From the NCBI GenBank assembly GCA_041651055.1, contig JBAZJW010000001.1:242661-306660 (forward strand): a DNA stretch of 64,000 nt, read 5' to 3'. Below, in pieces: positions 46,749 to 55,119 of this stretch. Each line of letters starts with the position of its first letter. Within the stretch, counting starts at the first letter, position 1. Origin of the DNA: Minisyncoccota bacterium. Its GTDB lineage: Bacteria > Patescibacteriota > Minisyncoccia > Phycocordibacterales > UBA5272. The notes under the pieces were generated by a model that was not told the origin of the DNA, searched no databases, and saw nothing but the letters and a program-made list of their open reading frames with translations. The position numbers and the translations under genes were made by a program.

Positions 46749-47139
46749 GTGTTCATTGGTATAGCGGATGTCAAAACGGCAGGTCAGAGCATGCGAAAAT
46801 ATTGCTCCAGAGGTCATCCCAGGTGGCAACATTTGAGAGCCTTTGCAGAATGCTTCTTGTGAGGACAAGGAGCCGACACTGTGTGGTTCGACCCCACAAC
46901 CTAACGAAAACTATAGGTTTTGATGCGCACTAATAGGATGGAGACTGCGACGTTGTACTTCCGGGTACGATCGAGTCAACCCTGAGAGACATCCCTTCAA
47001 AACTGATAAAAGCGAAATCTATAGGGTGCTAATTTGGTGGAGGTTCACTCCTTGCCATAAGAGGCCCGATACCTGAGGTCACTAACCCCGAGACCAGAGA
47101 GTAGCTTTAGTCGGTAGTCATCCAAGTACCAATGAACAC
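46749..47139 (+). ncRNA. candidate ~390-nt structured ncRNA of unresolved identity
   Basis: Ends pair over 13 bp (GTGTTCATTGGTA / TACCAATGAACAC). No ORF of 60 aa or more in any frame. Internal T-arm-like GTGTGGTTCGACCCCACA. Followed at once by a terminator. Confidence 0.4.
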
Positions 47140-47147
47140 ACACTTAC

Positions 47148-47176
47148 CAAACCGCCTCCAGCGGTTTTTCTTTTTC
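47148..47176 (+). terminator. terminator AACCGC-CTCCA-GCGGTT + T-rich run
   Basis: Directly follows the 3' strand of the closing helix of the candidate ncRNA. Confidence 0.6.
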
Positions 47177-47234
47177 CCCATATAATAAAGTTACCACCAT
47201 CTACTTACTTAAAAAAGATTACTTCCTTGCACCA

Positions 47235-47252
47235 ATACCCCCTAGGGGGTAT
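47235..47252. promoter_or_regulatory. candidate CsoR operator: perfect 18-bp GC-core palindrome ATACCCCCTAGGGGGTAT overlapping the csoR -10 (TATACT)
   Basis: Palindrome ends 9 nt before the csoR ATG; CsoR-family operators are TACCC-type GC-rich palindromes. Confidence 0.6.
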
Positions 47253-47261
47253 ACTATTTTC

Positions 47262-47525
47262 ATGAACCAAGATATTCCAAAACTCATACGTCGCCTTAAA
47301 ATTATAGAAGGACAAGTTCGTGGCTTACAAGAAATGTTAGAAAAGAAAACATACTGTATCGACGTCATCACACAAACCTCTGCCATCAAACAGGCCCTCT
47401 CCACCATAGAAGACGCCCTCATGGAAGGACACCTCGAGCACTGCGTCGTCGACCAAGCAAAAAAAGGTCAACTAGAAAAAATAAAAAGTGAAGTTCTTAA
47501 AGTGTATCGTCTAAAAAGAAAATAA
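47262..47525 (+). CDS. csoR: CsoR/RcnR-family metal-sensing transcriptional repressor
   Basis: 87 aa; C-x(n)-H-x3-C-type ligand pattern (YCIDV ... HLEHC); four-helix-bundle family size. Confidence 0.8.
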   Translation: MNQDIPKLIRRLKIIEGQVRGLQEMLEKKTYCIDVITQTSAIKQALSTIEDALMEGHLEHCVVDQAKKGQLEKIKSEVLKVYRLKRK

Positions 47526-47526
47526 T

Positions 47527-48732
47527 ATGAGCTGTACATTATGCGCCGAGGGAGGTATCAAAAACTTTAAAGACTTCAATGAATCATGCTTTTGTAGTAC
47601 AAAAGACCAAGAATCTCCCTATGGCAATTTCTCTTCACATTCGGCCGTCTTTCTCTCTCATGCCATTGTAGAAAATATACATGCAAGTATTACTGTTCTA
47701 GAAAAAACAATACGAAGCAGCTATTTTGCAGACTTAGTATCCGCCGAAGGCGATCCTATTTCATCAAATACAAATGGAGGACTACTCATGTCGTACGATT
47801 TTCACCTTGACGAAGAAACGCCAAAGCTTATTGAAATAAATACAAACGCTGGCGGATTTTTCCTTAGCTACGAATTATTGAAGGCTTCAAAAAACTGCTG
47901 TACTCATGCCAAGGCTCAAGATATTGAAACCATGGAAGAAACTATCGTGGCAATGTTTCGAAACGAATTCAAAAAAATAAGCGACAAACCATTAGGAACT
48001 GTCGCAATTGTCGACGAGAATCCAAGTGGACAATTTTTGTATCCAGAATTCCAAATTTGCAAAGACATTTTAGAAAAACATGGAATAACGACATACATCC
48101 TAAGCCCCGAAGAAATCACAGTAGAGCATGAGATGGCATACTATGAAGGAAAAGTCATAGACCTCATCTACAATAGACTCACCGATTTTTATTTCAACGA
48201 AGAAAAGAATGCAAAGTTTATTCCCCTTCTCAGAAATACAAAAACGCTCATCTCACCAAGCCTGGATGACCACAAGCTCTTTGCCGATAAAATTAATTTT
48301 ATACACTTTCAAAACCCCGCCACCTATAAAGACACACTCTCCCTAGATGAGATAACAACCCTTACCACCAGTATCCCTGAAACAAAATTAGTAACCCTTG
48401 AAAATAAAGACACACTGTGGGAAGGCCGAAAAAAATATTTCTTTAAACCTCTAAATAGCTACGGAAGCAAAGGTGCCTATAATGGCAAAGGGTTAACCAA
48501 AAAAGTATGGGAATCTATAATTACGCAACCATACATCGCTCAAGAGATCGTCAAACCAAATACAAAAATAAAAGAAATTGATGGTGCAGAAGAACCTTTC
48601 AAGTTCGACATAAGGGCATATACCTACAATGGAAAAGTATTACTCTTGGGCGCACGAATATACCGAGGGCAAACAACAAATTTCAGAACGGTTGGTGGCG
48701 GATTCGCCCCCATCTTTCTGACAGAGAATTAA
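47527..48732 (+). CDS. glutathionylspermidine-synthase-like ATP-grasp ligase (YgiC/YjfC family) with an N-terminal Cys-rich extension
   Basis: C-terminal KPLNSYGSKGAYNG ... IRAYTYNGKVLLLGARIY...GGGFAPIF resembles the YgiC/YjfC ATP-grasp core; CxxC/CxC pair at the N-terminus; 1-nt gap after csoR. Confidence 0.55.
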   Translation: MSCTLCAEGGIKNFKDFNESCFCSTKDQESPYGNFSSHSAVFLSHAIVENIHASITVLEKTIRSSYFADLVSAEGDPISSNTNGGLLMSYDFHLDEETPKLIEINTNAGGFFLSYELLKASKNCCTHAKAQDIETMEETIVAMFRNEFKKISDKPLGTVAIVDENPSGQFLYPEFQICKDILEKHGITTYILSPEEITVEHEMAYYEGKVIDLIYNRLTDFYFNEEKNAKFIPLLRNTKTLISPSLDDHKLFADKINFIHFQNPATYKDTLSLDEITTLTTSIPETKLVTLENKDTLWEGRKKYFFKPLNSYGSKGAYNGKGLTKKVWESIITQPYIAQEIVKPNTKIKEIDGAEEPFKFDIRAYTYNGKVLLLGARIYRGQTTNFRTVGGGFAPIFLTEN

Positions 48733-48764
48733 TCATTTAGAAAGAAACATACCTAAACACCATT

Positions 48765-49373
48765 ATGGAAACCACAACAAACAAACCAATCTGCGAGCAG
48801 TGCAAAATGGAATCTACACATACAGAAAAAGACGAAGTGGGTGTAGATCGTTTTTTCTGTGATCATCACTCTCTCACCCTTGCAAACAAAAAGAATGTAA
48901 CTACATTTCAAAAACTTGTACCACTTCTTTATGTCTTTGCAGTAATATTCTTCCTTTCTTCTGTTAGACAATTTGCAACGGGAATAAATCCGTTTCTTTT
49001 CATGATGGATTTTATGGGAATATTCTTTATTGTGTTCGGACTTTTTAAACTCGTCGACTTACGTGGGTTCGTTGAAGGATTTAAGAGTTATGACTTTATT
49101 GCCAAGAGATATACAGCATATGGCTATGCGTATCCTTTTATTGAAATCGCTTTAGGGGTTCTCTACATACTCGGTTTTATGTTCGTATGGCAAACACTGC
49201 TCGTACTATTCTTGTCCGCAATGGGAATATACACTGCATATATAGCGATTAAACACGAAGATGAGATACCATGTGTTTGTCTCGGTACACTTTTTGATTT
49301 CCCTATGACATGGGTCACCTTTACGGAAAATACGATTATGTTTCTTATGGCACTTTTTATGATGGTCATGTGA
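48765..49373 (+). CDS. membrane protein with an N-terminal Cys/His metal-binding motif (CEQC...CDHH) and a MauE/DoxX-like 4-TM domain
   Basis: Four hydrophobic helices after a cytoplasmic CxxC...CxHH segment; internal CVCLG. Confidence 0.55.
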   Translation: METTTNKPICEQCKMESTHTEKDEVGVDRFFCDHHSLTLANKKNVTTFQKLVPLLYVFAVIFFLSSVRQFATGINPFLFMMDFMGIFFIVFGLFKLVDLRGFVEGFKSYDFIAKRYTAYGYAYPFIEIALGVLYILGFMFVWQTLLVLFLSAMGIYTAYIAIKHEDEIPCVCLGTLFDFPMTWVTFTENTIMFLMALFMMVM

Positions 49374-49410
49374 TCTTCATAAAAGAAAAAAATTACTCGC
49401 AAAAACTCCT

Positions 49411-49818
49411 ATGAAAAATAATATACTTTTTGTTTCAAGTCTCTTGGCTCTCGCTGTCGGATTACTTATCGGATATTCTGTCTGGGGTACACGTGCCAAT
49501 GAAAACAACGTAATGTCTTCATCAACATTTGGACACAGAATGCCAAACGGACAAATGATGAACACCTACAGCGGAATGGATATGACAACGACAATGAACG
49601 GAATGATGCAGGAATTGCAGGGTAAAAATGGAGACGCTTTTGATCAAGCATTTTTATCACAGATGATCGTGCATCATCAGGGTGCTGTCGTTATGGCAGA
49701 AGCTGTGCTTAAGACATCAAAAAGGCCAGAGCTTCTTAAGCTTGCGAAGGATATTATCACAGCACAAACTAAAGAGATTGAGATGATGCAAGGTTGGGAG
49801 AGGACATGGTTTAAATAG
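49411..49818 (+). CDS. DUF305-family secreted protein with a Met-rich segment (copper-resistance-associated family)
   Basis: Signal/TM anchor; MPNGQMMNTYSGMDMTTTMNGMM Met-rich motif; DUF305 signature FDQAFLSQMIVHHQGAVVMAE. Confidence 0.7.
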   Translation: MKNNILFVSSLLALAVGLLIGYSVWGTRANENNVMSSSTFGHRMPNGQMMNTYSGMDMTTTMNGMMQELQGKNGDAFDQAFLSQMIVHHQGAVVMAEAVLKTSKRPELLKLAKDIITAQTKEIEMMQGWERTWFK

Positions 49819-49832
49819 TTTTTGTACAACAA

Positions 49833-49860
49833 TAAAAGCGCCCGGCAGGGCGCTTTTATT
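49833..49860 (+). terminator. terminator AAAAGCGCCC-GGCA-GGGCGCTTTT
   Basis: 10-bp GC stem with flanking A/T tracts after the DUF305 gene. Confidence 0.8.
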
Positions 49861-49879
49861 GTTGCCTCATCACTTTACC

Positions 49880-50521
49880 ATGATAGGGCCCTCAAAAAAC
49901 TATACGTATAAGGCTATAAAAGACCTTTACAAGCCAATCTATATGTGGAACTATAAAGGTATGATACCTACCCCACCCATTCTTCCACCCAATATCCCTA
50001 ACGTGCCTTTTTATTCTCAGTTCCATGATATACAACCACTTGCATGGCAAAAGGTTGGTTGTGGCGTTGCAAGCTTGGCCATGGTTATCGAATACTACAA
50101 ACCAGAAACGGTTTCAGTAAATACACTTCTAGAACAGGCATTAAAAAGTGGAGCATACAATAAGAATGCTGGATGGGTACACAAAGACCTTGTCCTCTTG
50201 TCAAACAAATACGGCTTAAAAGGAACGACCCATGATCTTTCGAAAGAAAGCAAAGATAAAGCTTTTATACAATTCAAAAAATCTTTGAAAGATGGGCCAG
50301 TAATCACGTCAATCTTCTATAAATTTAATCCAAAAAGTCCAATACCCCACCTTATTGTTATCGACGGTATCGATGGAGACACCGTGTACTATAATGACCC
50401 CGCATCAAAGGAGGGGGAACAAACAATTTCGGTAGACCTCTTTCTGAAAGGCTGGAAAAAGAAGTTCATTGTTCTTCGTCCATCTTCAGAAAAAGAAAAG
50501 GTGATTCTCGCTAAAAAATAG
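49880..50521 (+). CDS. C39-like (papain-fold) peptidase domain protein; start uncertain
   Basis: Cys motif QKVGCGVASLAMV and downstream His (PHLIVIDG); the ORF is open from 49859, which lies inside the terminator, so the start is moved to MIGPSK. Confidence 0.55.
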   Translation: MIGPSKNYTYKAIKDLYKPIYMWNYKGMIPTPPILPPNIPNVPFYSQFHDIQPLAWQKVGCGVASLAMVIEYYKPETVSVNTLLEQALKSGAYNKNAGWVHKDLVLLSNKYGLKGTTHDLSKESKDKAFIQFKKSLKDGPVITSIFYKFNPKSPIPHLIVIDGIDGDTVYYNDPASKEGEQTISVDLFLKGWKKKFIVLRPSSEKEKVILAKK

Positions 50522-50582
50522 TTACCCTCAAACTAAAGAGTCTTCCCTTTGACAAACATCTTCGTGATACACTTAATGACAT

Positions 50583-51227
50583 ATGCCATTCTTTTATCAA
50601 TTACCAAAAAATGTGCGTGCATGTTTTTCAGGTAAAAATCTTCTTCTACAGGTTACAGCTATTATTCTTACCTATATCATCGTCATTTCCGGTTTTGATT
50701 GGCTGTATTTCACATCAGTACAAGGTCCCTATTTCCATACATACCTTTTCCCAGCCGTTATTATCGGAGGACTTCTTCCTATTTTTGGAACTGGAGCCTT
50801 ATATCTTTTTTCAAAATATACAAAGAACAAATCTCTCACGAATACTTCCTGGGCTCTTGCTCAAGCAAGCTTCCTTGGATGGTTCATTTCTTCTTTTTAC
50901 AAAGCCTTCACAGGAAGAATAGAGCCGGACCTTCATAGCGGAATGTTGTTAGACATTAGCCGAGAATGGAACTTTGGATTTCTCAAGCACGGCATTTTCT
51001 GGGGATGGCCGTCGTCTCATACGGCTGTCGCTTTCGCTATGGCTTTCACGCTCATAATGCTCTATCCGAAAAAGAAAACCATTACCGTTCTCGTTCTCCT
51101 CTATGCTTTTTATATCGGCTTCGGTGTATCAATCGGCATTCATTGGTTCTCCGAATTCATCGCAGGAGCAATTATCGGATCACTCATTGGAACGGTTGTA
51201 GGTAAAAGTTTTCGTACAAGAAAATAA
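50583..51227 (+). CDS. PAP2-superfamily membrane phosphatase
   Basis: KxxxxxxRP-like (TGRIEPD), PSSHT (PSGH) and a downstream H motif; 5-6 TM helices. Confidence 0.65.
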   Translation: MPFFYQLPKNVRACFSGKNLLLQVTAIILTYIIVISGFDWLYFTSVQGPYFHTYLFPAVIIGGLLPIFGTGALYLFSKYTKNKSLTNTSWALAQASFLGWFISSFYKAFTGRIEPDLHSGMLLDISREWNFGFLKHGIFWGWPSSHTAVAFAMAFTLIMLYPKKKTITVLVLLYAFYIGFGVSIGIHWFSEFIAGAIIGSLIGTVVGKSFRTRK

Positions 51228-51315
51228 AACCAAAAAAGAAACGTGTAAGAATTTATCCCTTTGCTACGTCATAGATGGCATACTGGACAGCTTTATTTAA
51301 ATACATAATTTCACC

Positions 51316-52284
51316 ATGAACACTCGCTCAGCAATCATTACTCTTATAGCAGGCCTCGCATTCATTTCTCTTGGTATATTCTGGTATACCCGTGAACAAG
51401 CATACCTTTCCATAACAACGTTTGATGAGTGTGTTGCTGCGGGCTACCCTATTCTCGAAACCTATCCAGAACAATGTCAGACTCCGGATAAACGCCTCCT
51501 TGTAAACAAGAAGCAGATTCCTTCACAAACCATTTCCACTTCAACTGTCACAGGAAAAGAGAACCTCATATATCTCGACAATCTCTCATCAGGCCAGACA
51601 GTAACCAGTCCCGTTACCATTTCTGGGTCTGCTCGTGGCAACTGGTATTTCGAAGCATCCTTCGGTGTCGAAGTTGTTGATGGAAATGGCACTCGTTTAA
51701 CAATGCAACCAGCACAAGCGAAGTCTGATTGGATGACGGAAAACTTTGTGCCTTTTTCGGTAACACTCACTTTTCCGCAACCCCTCACTGCAACAGGGGC
51801 AATTGTTTTCCATAAAGATAATCCGAGCGGGATACCTTTAAACGATGATGAGCTACGTATTCCGGTGCTTTTCAAGCAAGCAGAACGCACTGTGAAGCTC
51901 TACTATTACAACAGTGCTCTTGATAAAGATTCAAAAGGAAATATTCTCTGCTCTGCGAAAGGTCTTATGCCTGTAACCCGCACTATCAAAGTATCGAAGA
52001 CCCCTCTACAAGATACACTTCGTCTCTTCTTGTTAGGAGACATATCTCAAGAAGAAAAAATAGAAGGTGTTTCGAGTGAATTCCCTCTTTTAGGAGTTTC
52101 ACTCGCTTCCGCCACTATTACAGGAAGTGGTCTCACCACGATTACGTTACTTGACCCAAATAACAAAACAAGCGGAGGGTCCTGCAGAGTAAACATTCTC
52201 CGTGCACAATTAGAAGCAACAGCAAAACAATTCGAAACCGTAAAGAAAATCATTATAGTACCTGAAACTATTTTCCAACCATAA
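51316..52284 (+). CDS. Gmad2 / GerMN-domain lipoprotein-like protein
   Basis: N-terminal TM helix, Ig-like middle, GerMN-like C-terminus (LYYYNSALDKD...). Confidence 0.55.
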   Translation: MNTRSAIITLIAGLAFISLGIFWYTREQAYLSITTFDECVAAGYPILETYPEQCQTPDKRLLVNKKQIPSQTISTSTVTGKENLIYLDNLSSGQTVTSPVTISGSARGNWYFEASFGVEVVDGNGTRLTMQPAQAKSDWMTENFVPFSVTLTFPQPLTATGAIVFHKDNPSGIPLNDDELRIPVLFKQAERTVKLYYYNSALDKDSKGNILCSAKGLMPVTRTIKVSKTPLQDTLRLFLLGDISQEEKIEGVSSEFPLLGVSLASATITGSGLTTITLLDPNNKTSGGSCRVNILRAQLEATAKQFETVKKIIIVPETIFQP

Positions 52285-52307
52285 ACAATACCACTATTGA
52301 AAAAAAG

Positions 52308-52333
52308 AAAAAGAGCGCTTAAGCGCTCTTTTT
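52308..52333. terminator. bidirectional terminator AAAAAGAGCGCTTAAGCGCTCTTTTT
   Basis: Perfect palindrome between the convergent 51316 and 52353 genes. Confidence 0.8.
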
Positions 52334-52352
52334 CTTTATGAATGATTTTCTC

Positions 52353-52541
52353 TTAACGAGGCCAAACCATTTTAACTGCGGCAAGACCTACAAGAACATA
52401 AACTACCGCTTCTAGTGTTGGCACTGAACCGAGAATCATGTTGACGACATTCCAATTACCGCCCGCAAGCATTCCTAAACCGACAAGACCCCAGTTCACC
52501 CCACCTACTATTACCAAGACACGCGTGACTTGTGAAAGCAT
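52353..52541 (-). CDS. DUF378-family small membrane protein
   Basis: 62 aa, two TM helices, GGVNWGLVGL signature. Confidence 0.7.
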   Translation of the reverse strand: MLSQVTRVLVIVGGVNWGLVGLGMLAGGNWNVVNMILGSVPTLEAVVYVLVGLAAVKMVWPR

Positions 52542-52686
52542 ATATGTTGTTTATTAGTAAACCCAGGAATCGTAGACTTGCCGACCCTGTTACTATAAGT
52601 ATAGCGAGCCTGAAAGGCCCTGCCAGTGGATAACTATTCTATAAAAGGATTACAAAATAAGAGTTTTAAGCATCCTTATCCCTTTT

Positions 52687-53151
52687 CTATTGCACTGACT
52701 TTGTAAAAACCGGTTTTACGAGATCAGTATATTGCTTTGCATTGAAAATATATCGAGATAGCGTACTTGTTCCGATGGACTGAATAAGAAATGCATGAGG
52801 TGGGTCATAGGAGCCAGCAGATGAGCCATTAATCGTAAGTGCGAGCAATCCTCCTGATTTGAATACCCATGTTCCGTATTCTTTGAGAACATCAATTGCG
52901 TCTTTACGTTCAATATCAACCTGAGCCACACCGTCTTCTGTAAGCGTCATCATGTACGGATTCTTGCATCCTGATGTTTCATTGCATCTGTAGACCCCAG
53001 AGACTTCTTCTGCGGTTGGTAATTTTGCAAAAGGTTCTGGTTTTCCTGCAATAGAAACACCTAAGACACCGTGATCATTCGCTTTAGTAATAAAATACCC
53101 CCCACCAACAATAAGCACAAGTCCGAGAGCTAGTACGATGAATTGATACAT
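52687..53151 (-). CDS. hypothetical membrane-anchored protein
   Basis: N-terminal TM helix; no motif recognised. Confidence 0.55.
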   Translation of the reverse strand: MYQFIVLALGLVLIVGGGYFITKANDHGVLGVSIAGKPEPFAKLPTAEEVSGVYRCNETSGCKNPYMMTLTEDGVAQVDIERKDAIDVLKEYGTWVFKSGGLLALTINGSSAGSYDPPHAFLIQSIGTSTLSRYIFNAKQYTDLVKPVFTKSVQ

Positions 53152-53308
53152 GAATAAAGTATAACATCAGACCATCCCCACAAGCTGACTTTCTGTGCAT
53201 ACCGCAAAAACTTGCATATTCATCTCCAGTTCCGTATACTGAGTCTACCTTGATAGTTAGCTTGCTAACTATCAGCGTGCGAACTAATAACCCAAATCTC
53301 ACACCCCT

Positions 53309-53941
53309 ATGAAAACAATCACAGAAGCACTTATGTGGCGCTATGCTACAAAACAATTCGATGCGACCAAAATCGTACCAGAAGAAACCATACACCAGAT
53401 CCTCGAAGCTGGACGCTTGTCCCCTTCTTCATTCGGCCTCCAACCATGGAAATTTATTCTCGTTGAAAATAAAGATCTCCGTTTGAAACTTAAAGAAGCT
53501 GCATATAATCAGCCGCAAGTAATCGATGCATCACACATGCTTGTACTCGCATACAAAAATACTGTCGATGAAGCATATATCGATACGTACATGCAATCAG
53601 TAGCAGAAGCAAGAAGTATTTCTGTTGAAGACCTTGCTGGATTTAAAGGTGCTATCATGGGGTCCATTGCTGGTAAACCTTCTGATGCCCTCGCTGTATG
53701 GAATTCACGACAAGTATACCTACCTCTTGGTATTATGCTTGAGGCAGCGGCACTGCTTGAAGTAGATGCCTGCCCGATGGAAGGATTCGATACTGCGAAG
53801 TTCAACGAGATTCTTGGATTAAATGAAATCGGCTATTCAAGTGTAGCCATGATGACTATTGGTTATCGTGCGGACACAGATACGACAGCTGGAGCAGCAA
53901 AAAGTAGATTCCCCCTTGGTGAAGTCGTAATCAGGAAATAG
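53309..53941 (+). CDS. NAD(P)H nitroreductase family protein
   Basis: Nitroreductase-fold signatures (RYATKQF, SSFGLQPW); 210 aa. Confidence 0.85.
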   Translation: MKTITEALMWRYATKQFDATKIVPEETIHQILEAGRLSPSSFGLQPWKFILVENKDLRLKLKEAAYNQPQVIDASHMLVLAYKNTVDEAYIDTYMQSVAEARSISVEDLAGFKGAIMGSIAGKPSDALAVWNSRQVYLPLGIMLEAAALLEVDACPMEGFDTAKFNEILGLNEIGYSSVAMMTIGYRADTDTTAGAAKSRFPLGEVVIRK

Positions 53942-53978
53942 GTTTTAGTTTATAGGTTACAGGTTTTAGAAAATATGA

Positions 53979-54016
53979 AAACAAAGAGCGGCCATGAAGT
54001 GGCCGCTCTTTGTTTT
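53979..54016. terminator. terminator AAACAAAGAGCGGCC-ATGAAGT-GGCCGCTCTTTGTTT
   Basis: 15-bp stem between the convergent nitroreductase and nrnA genes. Confidence 0.8.
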
Positions 54017-54039
54017 ACATAGGGTGGCCCTATGTATAC

Positions 54040-54960
54040 CTAAAGCCCTTCTTGTATATTCGGATTCTCGACAATTGTAAACGGGAATACTCCCTCTTCT
54101 GCCTTAATCGCAAACCCAGAAGATCCAGGATGTCCACTTCCACCAAATTTCCCTGCGAGCTCCGTACAGTCAAAGCTTCCATTACTTCGTAGTGAGCACT
54201 TCCACTCTCCATCATCATAACGATATGACAAAGCAACAGGAGGATACAACTCATACACTTTATGAAGAAGGTGAGACTTCTCATCAAGAGGAAGGGTGAC
54301 GTTCACCGCTGGCACAATAACCCCTTTCAAATCTATGAAATGAATACTATTCAGTGCTGGTTCTACAAGAATGTCGCGGTACCCCAACAACAGTTTTCCT
54401 TTTTCAATAACGAGACCCCTCTTACTTTCATCTTCCATTTCTTCATAGAGGGCGTCGAAGTCTGCAAAAGTTCGTGGACGAGTGAAGAGATAGACACAGA
54501 TGATGTGCGCGTCAGGAAGTGTGAAGGAGTAAATATCTGACTCACTGATGTATCGCAAAAATACAGGCACAGATATTTCTGGATGAAAATATTCCCATGC
54601 GAGATATGCTCCTGAATGTGCGAGATTAAAGACGAACTCCTTTCGGGCGGTCACATGCGCCTCCCCTCCCTTGTGGTGGTCAATCACAACGAGACGTTTT
54701 GCTTTTGATTCCAAATCCGAAAGTCTCGCTTCATCGTATGAAAAATCCACCACATACACTTCCTTTCCTTCTATTCCTTCTGGAATGAGATCTCCATAGG
54801 ACGCGGGAATATACGACGCCTCTTCACCAAACTTTTTCCATGCGGCCCAAGCGGCGCCGAATCCGTCTCCGCAATGCTTATGATAAATAACAACAATGTC
54901 TTTAAGGGGTTGAGTTGGTTCCATATGCATACATAGTACCATATCGGCATAATCGCCCAA
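54040..54960 (-). CDS. nrnA: DHH/DHHA1 phosphoesterase (NrnA-like oligoribonuclease / pAp phosphatase)
   Basis: DHH motif (VVIDHHKGG) and DHHA1 GGSGHPGSSG; the true start is probably an internal Met at ~54930. Confidence 0.8.
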   Translation of the reverse strand: MGDYADMVLCMHMEPTQPLKDIVVIYHKHCGDGFGAAWAAWKKFGEEASYIPASYGDLIPEGIEGKEVYVVDFSYDEARLSDLESKAKRLVVIDHHKGGEAHVTARKEFVFNLAHSGAYLAWEYFHPEISVPVFLRYISESDIYSFTLPDAHIICVYLFTRPRTFADFDALYEEMEDESKRGLVIEKGKLLLGYRDILVEPALNSIHFIDLKGVIVPAVNVTLPLDEKSHLLHKVYELYPPVALSYRYDDGEWKCSLRSNGSFDCTELAGKFGGSGHPGSSGFAIKAEEGVFPFTIVENPNIQEGL

Positions 54961-55119
54961 GAAAACACCTCTGTATCTATCGAATATTTTAAGATGAAAA
55001 CATTGAATATTCTACAAAATGTGTTATCATGCATACATCGCCCAATCGGGCACTTTATTTTGGCATCTCCAGTGTTGCATTGCTCTTAGCTGTAAACTGT
55101 AGACTGTCTACTATCTATT

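Noticed and set aside
46749-47139. Attempt to assign the ORF-free structured region to RNase P RNA or tmRNA
   Set aside because: I could not locate RNase P CR-I/CR-V (GGAAAGUCCGGGC / ACAGAAACCGGCUUA) or tmRNA GGGG 5' end and CCA-proximal T-arm. Only a tRNA-like T-arm and a tag-like AACGAAAACTAT...TAATAG were seen, so the identity is left open rather than called.
52542-52686. Possible riboswitch in the 145-nt leader of the DUF378 gene
   Set aside because: Only a weak AAGGAT/ATCCTT hairpin and no recognisable aptamer consensus (c-di-AMP, Na+/Li+, yjdF) could be found.
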